DNA of 20,000 nt from Catajapyx aquilonaris (lineage: Eukaryota). The position numbers and the translations under genes were made by a program. Positions 1 to 9,485 of this stretch are shown here, in pieces. The notes under the pieces are model-generated. The model did no database searches. It worked only from the letters and a program-made list of their open reading frames with translations, and was not told the DNA's origin. The DNA is taken from positions 45,602-65,601 of the forward strand of contig KZ538507.1 of NCBI GenBank assembly GCA_000934665.2, read 5' to 3'. Positions within the stretch are counted from its first letter, which is position 1, and each line of letters begins with the position of its first letter.

Positions 1-72
1 ATCAACTCTTCCTCTCCTCCTCTCTGCAGAAGTCACGCTATGTGATAAAGGCATTTTCAAAAAACATCTTAA

Positions 73-579
73 AGGGACACTCCACTCAAAATGCAAGTTG
101 GGCTCTAAAAATCGGGCAAGAAATCCTGATTCCGAGTGTATCAGCAGTTTTTCTGAGAGACGAACGGTAAGGCCAGAGCGAGCCGTCAAAGTTAGGCAAT
201 TCGAATCTGGCGCAAAACAGCAGCGCCTCCTCCGGGACTGCCCGGGACTGGGCAGAAATTTGGATATTCTTGCGCCATCTTGATCCACGCCATGGTCCGC
301 GCCATCTTTGGTCCGTCCCACAGGTTTATCCCGCCACCTCTTGACCCGACCCGACTTTCAGCACGGTATCACTTTCGCCTAGTGCCTGGTGGCGGCGCTC
401 ACGGCGGTGGCGGACTGGGCTGGCGGGGCAGCTCATTAGCAGACGACGCAAATTCTGAGTCTTTAACGCCTCGTCCTGGCTTTTCTGTTCCGCGTAGAAA
501 AAAACCGATTGCACCTTCGGAATCAGGATTTTTTGCCCGATTTTTAGAGCCCAACTTGCATTTTGAGTGGAGTGTCCCT
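73..579. mobile_element. Non-autonomous DNA transposon (MITE), Kolobok/T2-like
   Basis: Near-perfect ~63-bp TIRs AGGGACACTCCACTCAAAATGCAAGTTGGGCTCTAAAAATCGGGCAA..., flanked by TTAA at 69-72 and 580-583. AGG termini with a TTAA target are characteristic of Kolobok/T2. GC- and CpG-rich interior. Confidence 0.85.
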
Positions 580-1507
580 TTAACAGAGATTTTACCTGCG
601 AACATTTTTTTTTTTTTAATACCCTTATCTCCATATGATATTACTGTGGACTAATCAAAATTAGGTTCTGATAATACTATGTCTACATCTAATTGAAACA
701 TTTAAAATAAAAGCATAAATATGTAACACCACATATTCTCCAATTATTTACCGATTTGAAGTGAATGATGTGGCTTCATATTCTCTTCTGTGCAAAATTA
801 ACTCCCAGCCATTAGTGCTCTTTTGGCTGCTCCAACATATACATGAACTGGCACCCTGGTAAGCAATTCCATTTCTTTCCCAGTCAACCATTCTTCAGCC
901 ACCAGAAGCAACAATGAATTGTTGCCATAAAAAGAAAAAATTCAAACATCCCAATGCAGCACATTTTGTGTGCAACTGCCATGTTCATATCTCAAATGTC
1001 CCAACTGGTGACATGGGCCATGCTTGCACAGAGTGAATACCCTGAACCATATAAATAACAAATATATAACATATAACATATAACATTTGACAAATATAGT
1101 ACAGTACAGTGTGCCATCAAGAGCCTTTTAGCACAAAAGCACACTATCTCTTGTTAGAGCTGATATTAAATGGCCAATAATAACAAAAATAAAACATGTA
1201 ACATACCATATACCATGTGTTGTGTGTTATACTACAATATCACCCATGAAAATTCAAGGACAACCCTAGAGGCTCACTTCTGTGTCACTACAATGTGCTA
1301 ACAATAGTAATTACTTTTGCTGGTATCCCCTGGTGTAGTACTGCAGAAGTTAAGTCTAGATGCCTCATTATGGAAATGGGAGTGCATTATGGTGAAATGT
1401 AAAGGAGCCTACAGAAGGGCAACACTAACTATCTTCATCTCCTGTAAATAAGTACAGTGCATCATGTGGAAAGTCCTGAGAATTGTCAAGTAGCTTTAAA
1501 AACTGTA

Positions 1508-2197
1508 CAGTGGGCCCTATGTATCCATGGGGAATTGAGTCCTGCTCACCCCCCCCCCCCCAAACATCAAAATTAGTGGATGCTGAAGTCCCTCATATAA
1601 AATGGCATAATATTTGCATATAACCTAATGCACATCCTCCCATATACTGCAGATCACCTCCAGACTGCTTATAACAGCTAATACAATTGTGACGGGACTC
1701 TGTGAGTTAGGTTTCACCCAGACCCTCTCCGAGAACAGCACGCTTGCAGGATGTCTACTTCCTCTAGCAGTCATAAAATCACCAGCTCTCTCCCTCTCAT
1801 GCATTAGTTGTAGGACTTACTATTGCTGGTGAATCAGATATACCGGTATTTAGTTTTAGCGCCTCTTACAGACTCCCACTTTCACTCCTCCCAGATCTTC
1901 TCACCCTTCTTGCTCTACTCAATCTTCAACCACCACTCTCTCTCACACAAATCAAACAACTTCCCAAATACCAGATCATGGCAACCATCATATCAACAGC
2001 AACAATGAACAATGTTGGCAAAACCCATACCTCATACAGTGTAAATGATACATAATACTGTTTTGTAGTGCTTAGCACACACCAAATTCACGCTTTGCTT
2101 CTTGGAACTTCCTGGATTATTATTTTTTCCAAATATTTTTGATCAGTGGTTGATCAAATACAATGATGCAGAACCTGCAGACACAAAGGGCCCACTG
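1508..2197. mobile_element. Tigger/MER2-like MITE (Tc1/mariner-pogo) interrupted by a ~350-bp insertion
   Basis: TA|CAGTGGGCCCT...AGGGCCCACTG|TA, i.e. TIRs plus TA target duplication. Interior blocks (GGATGCTGAAGTCCCTCATATAAAATGGCATAATATTTGCATATAACCTA, AATATTTTTGATC) match the MER2 consensus as I recall it. Confidence 0.8.
1688..2038. mobile_element. TG...CA-bounded insertion inside the MER2-like element; possible solo LTR
   Basis: Host sequence breaks at TAATACAAT and resumes at GTAAATG. The insert starts TGTGACGGG and ends CCTCATACA. No clean target duplication. Confidence 0.45.
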
Positions 2198-3264
2198 TAC
2201 TTGCATGCAGTATAGGGTGACACGTAGAGAATGAAACCAAAATATTGGGGAATACAGGGTGTTCCAAGTGAAATGTTCCTAGTGATTAGAGAAGGCATTC
2301 CAATAACTTGGCAGTCACTGCACCCTGGTGTGAAGGTTATTATATCCTCTGGGTTCACAATCTTCCTATCCCCATGCAATGTCAATGCTTTTCAATAATT
2401 GTGAGAGCCTGTGCAAGCACAAGCATGAGCTAAAACTTGCAAGTTATTAGGGCCAGAGAAACGACTGATTCCCATTGTACATCTTGCTATATGAGCTTAG
2501 TAACCAAGTTCCAGTTAAGTATGTGTACAATTGGACATAGTGACCTGATAAAGCATGCCACCCTCCATTGGGAGCAACTTTGGCTTGGCAAGAAATTGCA
2601 GCAATGCAAGAAGAAAGCCTTTCTTTTCACCTCTGCTGTTGTGAGACAAAAAGGCAAGTTCCAATCTAGGTAAATGCATATACAGGCAGTCCCTGATGCA
2701 GCTCTGGCATATGTAGATTCGGATGCATGTAAAAATGTCCAATATGCACATAAAATTCTGAGATGCACACAAAATCTACTGAACATAATGGTAATGTAAA
2801 ATGCCTTCAATTGCAATAAAATGTGTCAAATTTCAGTATGTGGCAATCGAACCTGCCTCCTGAGACTCATTCCCTCACTCAGTTTACATACATATGACAA
2901 GACATTAGCGACTCATTTCAGGGCCTCACAAGGAATCTTTCATAGCCACAATGGCCTCAATTGAATGCAATGGTGACTCCAGTATTGATGTATTCGGTGC
3001 AGCATGGTATACTGTATAATCAAAATGCATGTTCAAAATTACATCAAATTCAACATTATGTACAGTATAATGTTCCGGCATGATCCACTTATGTAAGTAT
3101 GGGACTGGCTGTATTTAATTATTTTAATTTCTTTGAGTGTCTTGCACACTGAAATTACTGAACAAGTACCTAGAAACAGCCACTATAATCAGCATAAGCT
3201 GCTTTATCGGAAATACTTTGCAGTTCAGAGCTTGAATGGATGAATCAGTTCAGCCTAACACTAG

Positions 3265-3437
3265 CAGTTAATACTAATAACCGACTTCAAGGGACCACGG
3301 AAATGAGTATGTTATAACCAAGGTCTGTTATAGCCGAATACACAAACCATATATGGAAGTATGCCAGGTTCAGGTTTTCGAGTCTGTTATAACCGAAAGT
3401 CTGTTATAGCTGAGGCTGTTATATCCAGATTCAACTG
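3265..3437. mobile_element. Degenerate Tc1/pogo-like MITE with internal (T)CTGTTATA(A/G)C repeats
   Basis: CAGTT...AACTG ends with about five copies of TGTTATARC. A related end (TCTGTTACATCCAGATTCAACTG) recurs near 7606-7628. Confidence 0.55.
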
Positions 3438-3778
3438 CATAACCATTCAAAGTAACTGCTTAAAATAAGTAGTTTACAGTGAAATAATCAATAACCACTA
3501 CAACATTCAATTAAATCAGCCTGTGTAATGCGCTGGTTGAGAAAGTGTGGCAATATTCTATGAATATGTAATTCATGTTTAGTGAATTATATACATAAAA
3601 TTCTTCATTGATTATATCAATGCAGGAGCTTTCATAGTATTCCAACAACTCCTGGTTTTGTATGCTGATTATCATTTGTCACACTACACATGGCTATGAA
3701 GAAATGCTATTCTACAAATGCTCCTGGAAATTCTCCAGTTGATTCCCCTTTTCAATACGCAGACAAAATTGGACTCAC

Positions 3779-3941
3779 CTAGCCTGAGGGTAGTGCTGCA
3801 ATATTCACATCGGAAGCAACCGCGGTGAAAAAATTTGCCTTCTGCACTGAGCCTCTCCATCAGATACACACGCTTGTCGCAGAAGTGGCAAGTCTCAGAT
3901 CCACCCTGCTGTGGAAGGTGTAGCAAAGGCTTGCTTACACT
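3779..3941 (-). CDS. MICAL: MICAL exon: LIM domain, N-terminal part
   Basis: 163 nt, phase 0/1. Acceptor ttctttcactttcag|AGT, donor CTAG|gtgagt. Encodes [42 protein letters not shown](G), a MICAL-type LIM (CxxC...HxxCxxCxxC). The exon with the rest of the LIM was not found in 1-3778 and is presumably beyond the window. Confidence 0.96.
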
Positions 3942-4242
3942 CTGAAAGTGAAAGAAGAAAATGTCAAAATCTAGTGTGAAACCTGCCTCTAATGGCTCCT
4001 AGTTACAGGCTACCAAAATTATTTTCCAGTTTCTTCACAAGCACAAATTCCTTACAGCAGGAGCCAGGAGGTTAGGGGTATTCATGCACAGTGAAACCTG
4101 TGTATTGCGGAATCGCACGGGACCCTAAAGTTTTTCCGTAATGGACAGTTTCCGCTATGCATAGATCAAGGACATTTCTGAGATTTTTTTTCTGGCGAGA
4201 AAGAGAGGAAAATGGAGAAAGCAAAAATAAGCACCTTACCTC

Positions 4243-4821
4243 CAGCGCCGGATTTCCCATTAGGCCAGTGGTTCCCAACCTTTTTCGGGTCGCGACCCCC
4301 TTTTATGATAGTCAAGTAACCTGCGACACCCCCCCCCCCCCCTTCCCATCCCCGAGTGTTAGTAGATATTGAAAAAACCTTTGCGATGAAATTCCCTATA
4401 AAATTTATTTTATTAATTTTTTAATTTTTGTTATTTTTTAATGTATAAAAATAACCGTGACCTCTCATGGGCCCCCTGGACCTGCTCCATGGCCCCCTTG
4501 AGGGGTTGCGACATCCAGGTTGGGAACCACTGCATCAGGCACAGTAGGCACTTGCCTAAGGGCGGCCGCAAGTTGCAATAAATACTTTTTCCAAATAAAA
4601 TAATAAGAAATAAAGGCGAGATCCCCCAAAAAAATCACATTTTTGAGAGCTTGATTTACCGCTATAGACAGCAAAGGTAATTGATGAAGGGTGGCCGCCC
4701 TCCGGGGTGGGCATAAGTTGCAATATATTTTTTAAATAAATATAATGAAATGTGGGAGAGAACACAAGAGAAAAATAATATTTTAAAGCAGCATGGGGGG
4801 GGGGGGGGGAAATCCAGCCNG
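4243..4821. mobile_element. hAT-like MITE (CAGCGCCGGATTTCCC terminus), itself interrupted
   Basis: Left CAGCGCCGGATTTCCC and right GGGAAATCCAGCCNG are inverted. The right end includes an N and no target duplication is visible. Confidence 0.5.
4266..4532. mobile_element. hAT (Charlie/Buster-type) MITE
   Basis: Perfect TIR CAGTGGTTCCCAACCT / AGGTTGGGAACCACTG, 8-bp target duplication CATTAGGC / CATCAGGC, subterminal GGGTCGCGACCCC. Confidence 0.9.
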
Positions 4822-4843
4822 AAAAGCAGTCCATACAGTAGAG

Positions 4844-5168
4844 CAGCGGTTCCCAAACTTTTCTGAACCACGACCCACTATTTACGACAACAAATCTTCG
4901 CGACACACCAAACTTTTTTTTTGGGGGGGGGGGGGGAAGGGAGAGAGTATGTATAACTCTTATCATCATCATTATTAGGCCTACTACGTTTTAAAATATA
5001 TAAATGGAATATAATTTCGAGTCAACCACGCCTGTCCCTAGAACTTAGCATATGCCATATATGGTGCTCATTTCAGGTCTTCATACTTATAATGCAAAAT
5101 GTTCAAATTTCAAACACTTCCACGCCCCACCAGAAATCGTCTTGCGCCCCACACTTTGGGAACCGCTG
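4844..5168. mobile_element. hAT (Charlie/Buster-type) MITE
   Basis: TIR CAGCGGTTCCCAAA / TTTGGGAACCGCTG with a perfect 8-bp target duplication CAGTAGAG (4836-4843 and 5169-5176) of the NNNTANNN type. Confidence 0.92.
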
Positions 5169-6608
5169 CAGTAGAGTATTTAGGCCCTTAAGCGTTTCCA
5201 TGCTACATTTTTGTGGACTAGTCTGGTGTGTAGCACATTTAAGAAAAAAATGGCAGTTTCATTGCAGGTGAAAATGTCCTCCTTGGAATAGCCTGAACAT
5301 TATGCTCCCCTCCTTCTCCTTCCAATTTTCTCCTGATTCCAGATTCACGATACTTGAATCATCAAACACTGTTTTCCATGAAATTCTGTCTGTTGCGGAA
5401 ACTTTCCAGCCACCCATTTGAAACACTCAATTTTGGGCTATTAATTTTGCCTGCTCTATTGGACCATCGGTCCGGACACGGGCAATACGTAGAGCCTGTG
5501 TCAACCCTTTCTTCTTCTCCAACATTTTAAAACTGGACTGAACTGTGAACTAAACATACAAATCACGAGTCGCAATCTTCTTGGGTCCCCGCAAGCTGTC
5601 TTCCAACCAAAAATAGTCCCCCATTCCTCACCAATATGCGTATTTTCAAGGCCACGAGCCAGTAGCAAATCCAGCAATAATGAGACACAGTATCGTGTCG
5701 GATGGTCCAAAAAGGGTTACTCAGAGGCCTCCTGGGAGGGCCGAGAGTGAACCCAGCTGTATTTTCTATTTTTGTGACTCATAGGAGATAATGTGAACCT
5801 TTTGATTTCAGTTATGAACAGAGATTTTCTCTGAAGGGAGACAAAAATCCCTTCCGTTTCCACGTTGGTCAGGTTCCGTAATATCCGTCAAAAAATACAT
5901 TGCATGTCCTATGCATATGCCCATTCCCAGAAAACAACCCGCAATGGATAGGTTTCTGCTATACCCAGGATCCATAATGGGCAGGTTTAATTGTATTTCA
6001 ATTTGAAAATACCAGCAACAAAAATCACAGAAACACTTATAAGTTATAACTTCATTATGTCTGCTTCACTCCCTGACTGCAAGTGAACCTTGCGTTGCCT
6101 TGCAGGCCAGCCTCAGATATTCCTGAACTACTCTCACCTCTACTCTTCAATAACAACATGGCAACAGGTCTTTTTTGTTTTCTCATTTTTTCTGACCCTT
6201 CCCAAGATGAGCAAAAAAAACTTTTTAAAAAACTGTGACGCCACAATTGCATGCCTGTAATATTTAAAAAAATTAGTTATCATAGCAAGCTGATTCACTC
6301 TACTGACATCACAGTGTGAGTTACAGTCAATCTAGTGATTGCTTACCTAGCTTAAGTTCCTCTACTCTGTGTCTATCCTATACAATGTAGCAATACATTT
6401 CTTGAAAGCCACAAATAATTGTTTTTTGGTGTCAATGATATGTGAAAACTATATTGATTATTACTAACAAAAATAAATCCTTGAGCCATGGTCAACTCTC
6501 AGTGGTGTAACAGAGCAACAATAACTCCATAAATATTATCCTCAATTCCTCACCCCAATTTTTGCACAATGTTGTAACAGTATCAGAGGACTTAAATAAT
6601 GTTCTCAC

Positions 6609-6827
6609 CTTAGACACAAAATCGTCACCCTTCTTCTTCTCAAGCTTGGAGCAAAGCTGTTCTGCCATGGCAGACACTTTGTTCGAGCCTCTCTGTCCCA
6701 CTTCTAGTGTCGTTCCTTCATGAAGTTTCTTGCCGAGCTTCTTCAGGCTCTCATCTATCTCAGCATATTTCAGTATAGTCTCCTCGTCAAGTCCTTGCCC
6801 ATGTAGCTTTCGTTCCATAGCTTGATA
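6609..6827 (-). CDS. MICAL: MICAL exon: linker preceding LIM, with NKVSAMAEQL motif
   Basis: 219 nt, phase 0/0. Acceptor tggcag|TAT, donor AAG|gtgaga. Encodes YQAMERKLHGQG...GSNKVSAMAEQLCSKLEKKKGDDFVSK. Confidence 0.88.
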
Positions 6828-6998
6828 CTGCCATATTAACATAAAAATCAGGGCAAATGAAACATACCAAAAAAATTGGTGGTAATGGAGGGGCGTAAAA
6901 ACGTACCTCCTTACTACATTTTTTTCTCTGATGCAATTGTCAAGAAAAAGAGCAACACTATTAAGCCCTGAGAACATCAGTGAATGTTAAATATTTAC

Positions 6999-7135
6999 CT
7001 TATCGTCAAATGCTTCTCGACTCCACTTAGGAACTTTCTCTTCCTTTTTCTTCTTACTTCCACTCACAGCTGTCTTGCTCTCCTCAATCTTCTTTTCGAT
7101 TAACTGCACATTCCAATCACTCTTCTCTATTTTAC
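6999..7135 (-). CDS. MICAL: MICAL exon: CH-LIM linker
   Basis: 137 nt, phase 1/0. Acceptor ttttctgtcaccag|GT, donor AAG|gtaaat. Encodes (G)KIEKSDWNVQLIEKKIEESKTAVSGSKKKKEEKVPKWSREAFDDK. Confidence 0.9.
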
Positions 7136-7789
7136 CTGGTGACAGAAAATAGCAGGACATCCATTTAAATCAGGGTAGTGTAAAATGTGCTTATTGTAAC
7201 ATAAATGTTTAAGGGCTTATTCTCTTATGCTATCAAACTCACTGGGGCAGATGAACTTAACCCTCACAACTGGTGGACTATCAGACACTTGCAGACCCTA
7301 ACTTAGTGGCAGTTACGTTTCCCCTGCGTTAAAACTGGACACATTCCTGACAATGGTCATGAACTCGGAAGAAGAGAAGAACACAACTCACCAGACCAAT
7401 GTTGTTTAGAATGTGAAAATAACGTATCCATGGCAACCAATTTTCATTTGTTGTTTATTTACTGTCATGCCCTCAGTATGTTGAGTACATTGCTAAATCA
7501 GCACTGTCAGCACTGCTGAGCTCTCCTATTGGTTACTTACTGTTCTAAAAGTCAAATGTGCAGTTCTGAATAAGGATTTGTGCAGTCAGATAATAGCAGA
7601 CAAGTCTGTTACATCCAGATTCAACTGCGCTTGGACATTATTGGCACTGCTAGAAATATGAAGGGACTGATCTTTCTACTTGCTTATATCCGATGTGCTT
7701 ACAATACAGGAGGATTTCACTGTACTTTGTCAGTTATTATATTCACCTAAGATTGTGTAACCTTGAACAAAAAAAACAACAACATTTTC

Positions 7790-7939
7790 GCCTGCAGCGC
7801 CGAAAATGGTTTGAAAATGGATGAAAATGGTGGCAACGAGTTTACTCGGTTTGGGGGGGGGGGGTGGGAGGAGGAGGAAGCATGATATCTGAAATTACTT
7901 TCTAGGGGGCCCCGATGTGCCAAAGTTTGAGAACCGCTG
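7790..7939. mobile_element. Truncated hAT-type MITE end
   Basis: Ends AAAGTTTGAGAACCGCTG followed by CTCTAGGC (Charlie-like target). The left TIR was not found, so the left boundary is approximate. Confidence 0.5.
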
Positions 7940-8322
7940 CTCTAGGCAGACCTTGTTTGGCATCATACCAGGTAAGTACATGACAATTTTCATCGAGAAC
8001 TATACAATAATTTCAAAGTTATTGAGGAATGTTTGGGTTTGGATTTGAGAGAATCACCCTGTACTTTCCCCGCTCGCTACTTTCCAAGTTCAACCATTAG
8101 AGGACAGAAGTAAAAGCTATGGTAACTACTACCTAGGCGATGAGTCAACTTGTTTATAGGGTGGTGTCATACGACACACGTGTCAATTCTGTATATGATT
8201 ATTACAAGGCCTGTACCAATATTTTCTCAGATACAAGTTAGCTGCAATGATCTGAGCTACCTGTCCATATCCCCTTTGTGCTCCTATAACCTCAAAAAGA
8301 CAATCAAAGGTTAGGTAATAAT

Positions 8323-8786
8323 AGGCGTATTCGGCAATTCAGATTATTCTGAGATGCGTCACGTGATATCTGAGTTGTTAGCCCTGCCCCTCAGAAGATT
8401 ATTGCCGAACGGCCGAACTGAGAGACCCCCCTACCCGCCTGTGCTGCATCCCAGTGATATGCCAATGTTCGGGTATTTCGGTGCCGTATTTCGGACGCTG
8501 GCGGGTAATGGTGCGGGTAAAATGAAAATGCGGGTAAAATCGGGTATTTTCAGGTCCTCTCGCGGGGTTTTTGGGCATTTTGCATTGGCAACACAGCTGC
8601 ATCCATAACAGTAATTTGTTTGTTAATTGTTTCTCAGCAAGTAAGTCAGGTCAGGAGTACACTAAGTTCCTGAGCTTGGGAAGTCAGGTAGGGCGCATGC
8701 GCACTTACTTCAGGGGGCGTGGCACCTGATTTGCCGAACATCCAAACTGCCCAGGAAGTCAGATTCCTGAATTGCCGAAGACGCCT
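8323..8786. mobile_element. MITE, probably PIF/Harbinger-like
   Basis: 20-bp TIR AGGCGTATTCGGCAATTCAG / CTGAATTGCCGAAGACGCCT (1 mismatch) with AAT and ACT flanks. Internal TTGCCGAAC repeats; CpG-rich. Confidence 0.75.
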
Positions 8787-8887
8787 ACTATTTAGCAAGC
8801 TTTTTCATTTCTTTAAATAAAGTGAAAAAGATTTCACATAACGAGAAGCCATGCATCATGGGGTGTTGCAACCTGCAGTCCCTCAAA

Positions 8888-9230
8888 GGGGCCGTCCATA
8901 ATCCGCGCGGACAAGTGAAGGGGGGGAGGGGGGTTGCACTTTGTCCGCTCTTGTCCGTACAGGGGGGTGGGGGTAGAAGGCAGTTGTACGCGCGGACAAT
9001 AAACGTCAAANNNNNNNNNNNNNNNNNNNNNNNNNNNNNNNNNNNNNNNNNNNNNNNNNNNNNNNNNNNNNNNNNNNNNNNNNNNNNNNNNNGGGGGGGG
9101 GGGGTCAAGGAGGCCATGTCCGCGCAATTTTTAGGGGGGGAGGTAAGAAATTGTCCGCTTCTGTCCGCAAAGGGGAGGGGGGGAGGTAAAAAAGTGAAAA
9201 AATCTGTCCGCGCGGATTATGGACGGCCCC
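8888..9230. mobile_element. PIF/Harbinger-type MITE spanning an assembly gap
   Basis: Perfect 26-bp TIR GGGGCCGTCCATAATCCGCGCGGACA, 3-bp AAA on both sides, internal TGTCCG repeats and G-runs. Confidence 0.88.
9011..9092. other. Assembly gap (N run)
   Basis: 82 N characters adjoining a poly-G tract. Confidence 0.99.
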
Positions 9231-9340
9231 AAAGCAGATTTTCAATGGTACACGAACTCATTTGTGATGCAAGTGTGTGTTTTGAAATCACATTACTACA
9301 ACTAGTAGTGCAGTGGATATGATGCTAAAATATGTCTTAC

Positions 9341-9485
9341 CTATTGACCTTATGAGATCTTTGGGTTTTTTCTCCTGTGCAGCGCCACCCTTTAACTTCT
9401 CCTCCAAATCCTTCACCCTCCCTGAAAATTTCTCCTTAGAACCATCAGCTCCCTTCTGTCCATCACCATTTCGGGCGTCCCGATC
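9341..9485 (-). CDS. MICAL: MICAL exon: CH-LIM linker
   Basis: 145 nt, phase 0/1. Acceptor ctctcttctttag|GAT, donor ATAG|gtaaga. Encodes DRDARNGDGQKGADGSKEKFSGRVKDLEEKLKGGAAQEKKPKDLIRSI(G). Confidence 0.88.

Larger units (their letters stand above)
4089..5993. mobile_element. Old Tc1/pogo-like non-autonomous element carrying nested hAT insertions
   Basis: Left end CAGTGAAACCTGTGTATTGCGGA and right end TCCATAATGGGCAGGTTTAATTG|TA form an imperfect TIR pair, with TTCCG-type subterminal repeats near both ends. Confidence 0.5.

Noticed and set aside
98..654. Overlapping ORFs of 61-124 aa
   Set aside because: They arise from the GC-rich palindromic MITE; the same peptide (GSKNRA) appears on both strands because of the TIRs.
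3305..3430. CRISPR-like spaced repeats (TGTTATARC)
   Set aside because: Units are about 9-14 bp, irregularly spaced, inside a MITE in eukaryotic DNA, with no cas genes.
1..3778. Exon carrying the second half of the LIM domain
   Set aside because: I found no phase-1 acceptor leading to a YCxxH-type motif; it probably lies beyond the window's left edge.
8788..9322. ORFs spanning the N run
   Set aside because: Artefacts of the assembly gap and the G-rich MITE.
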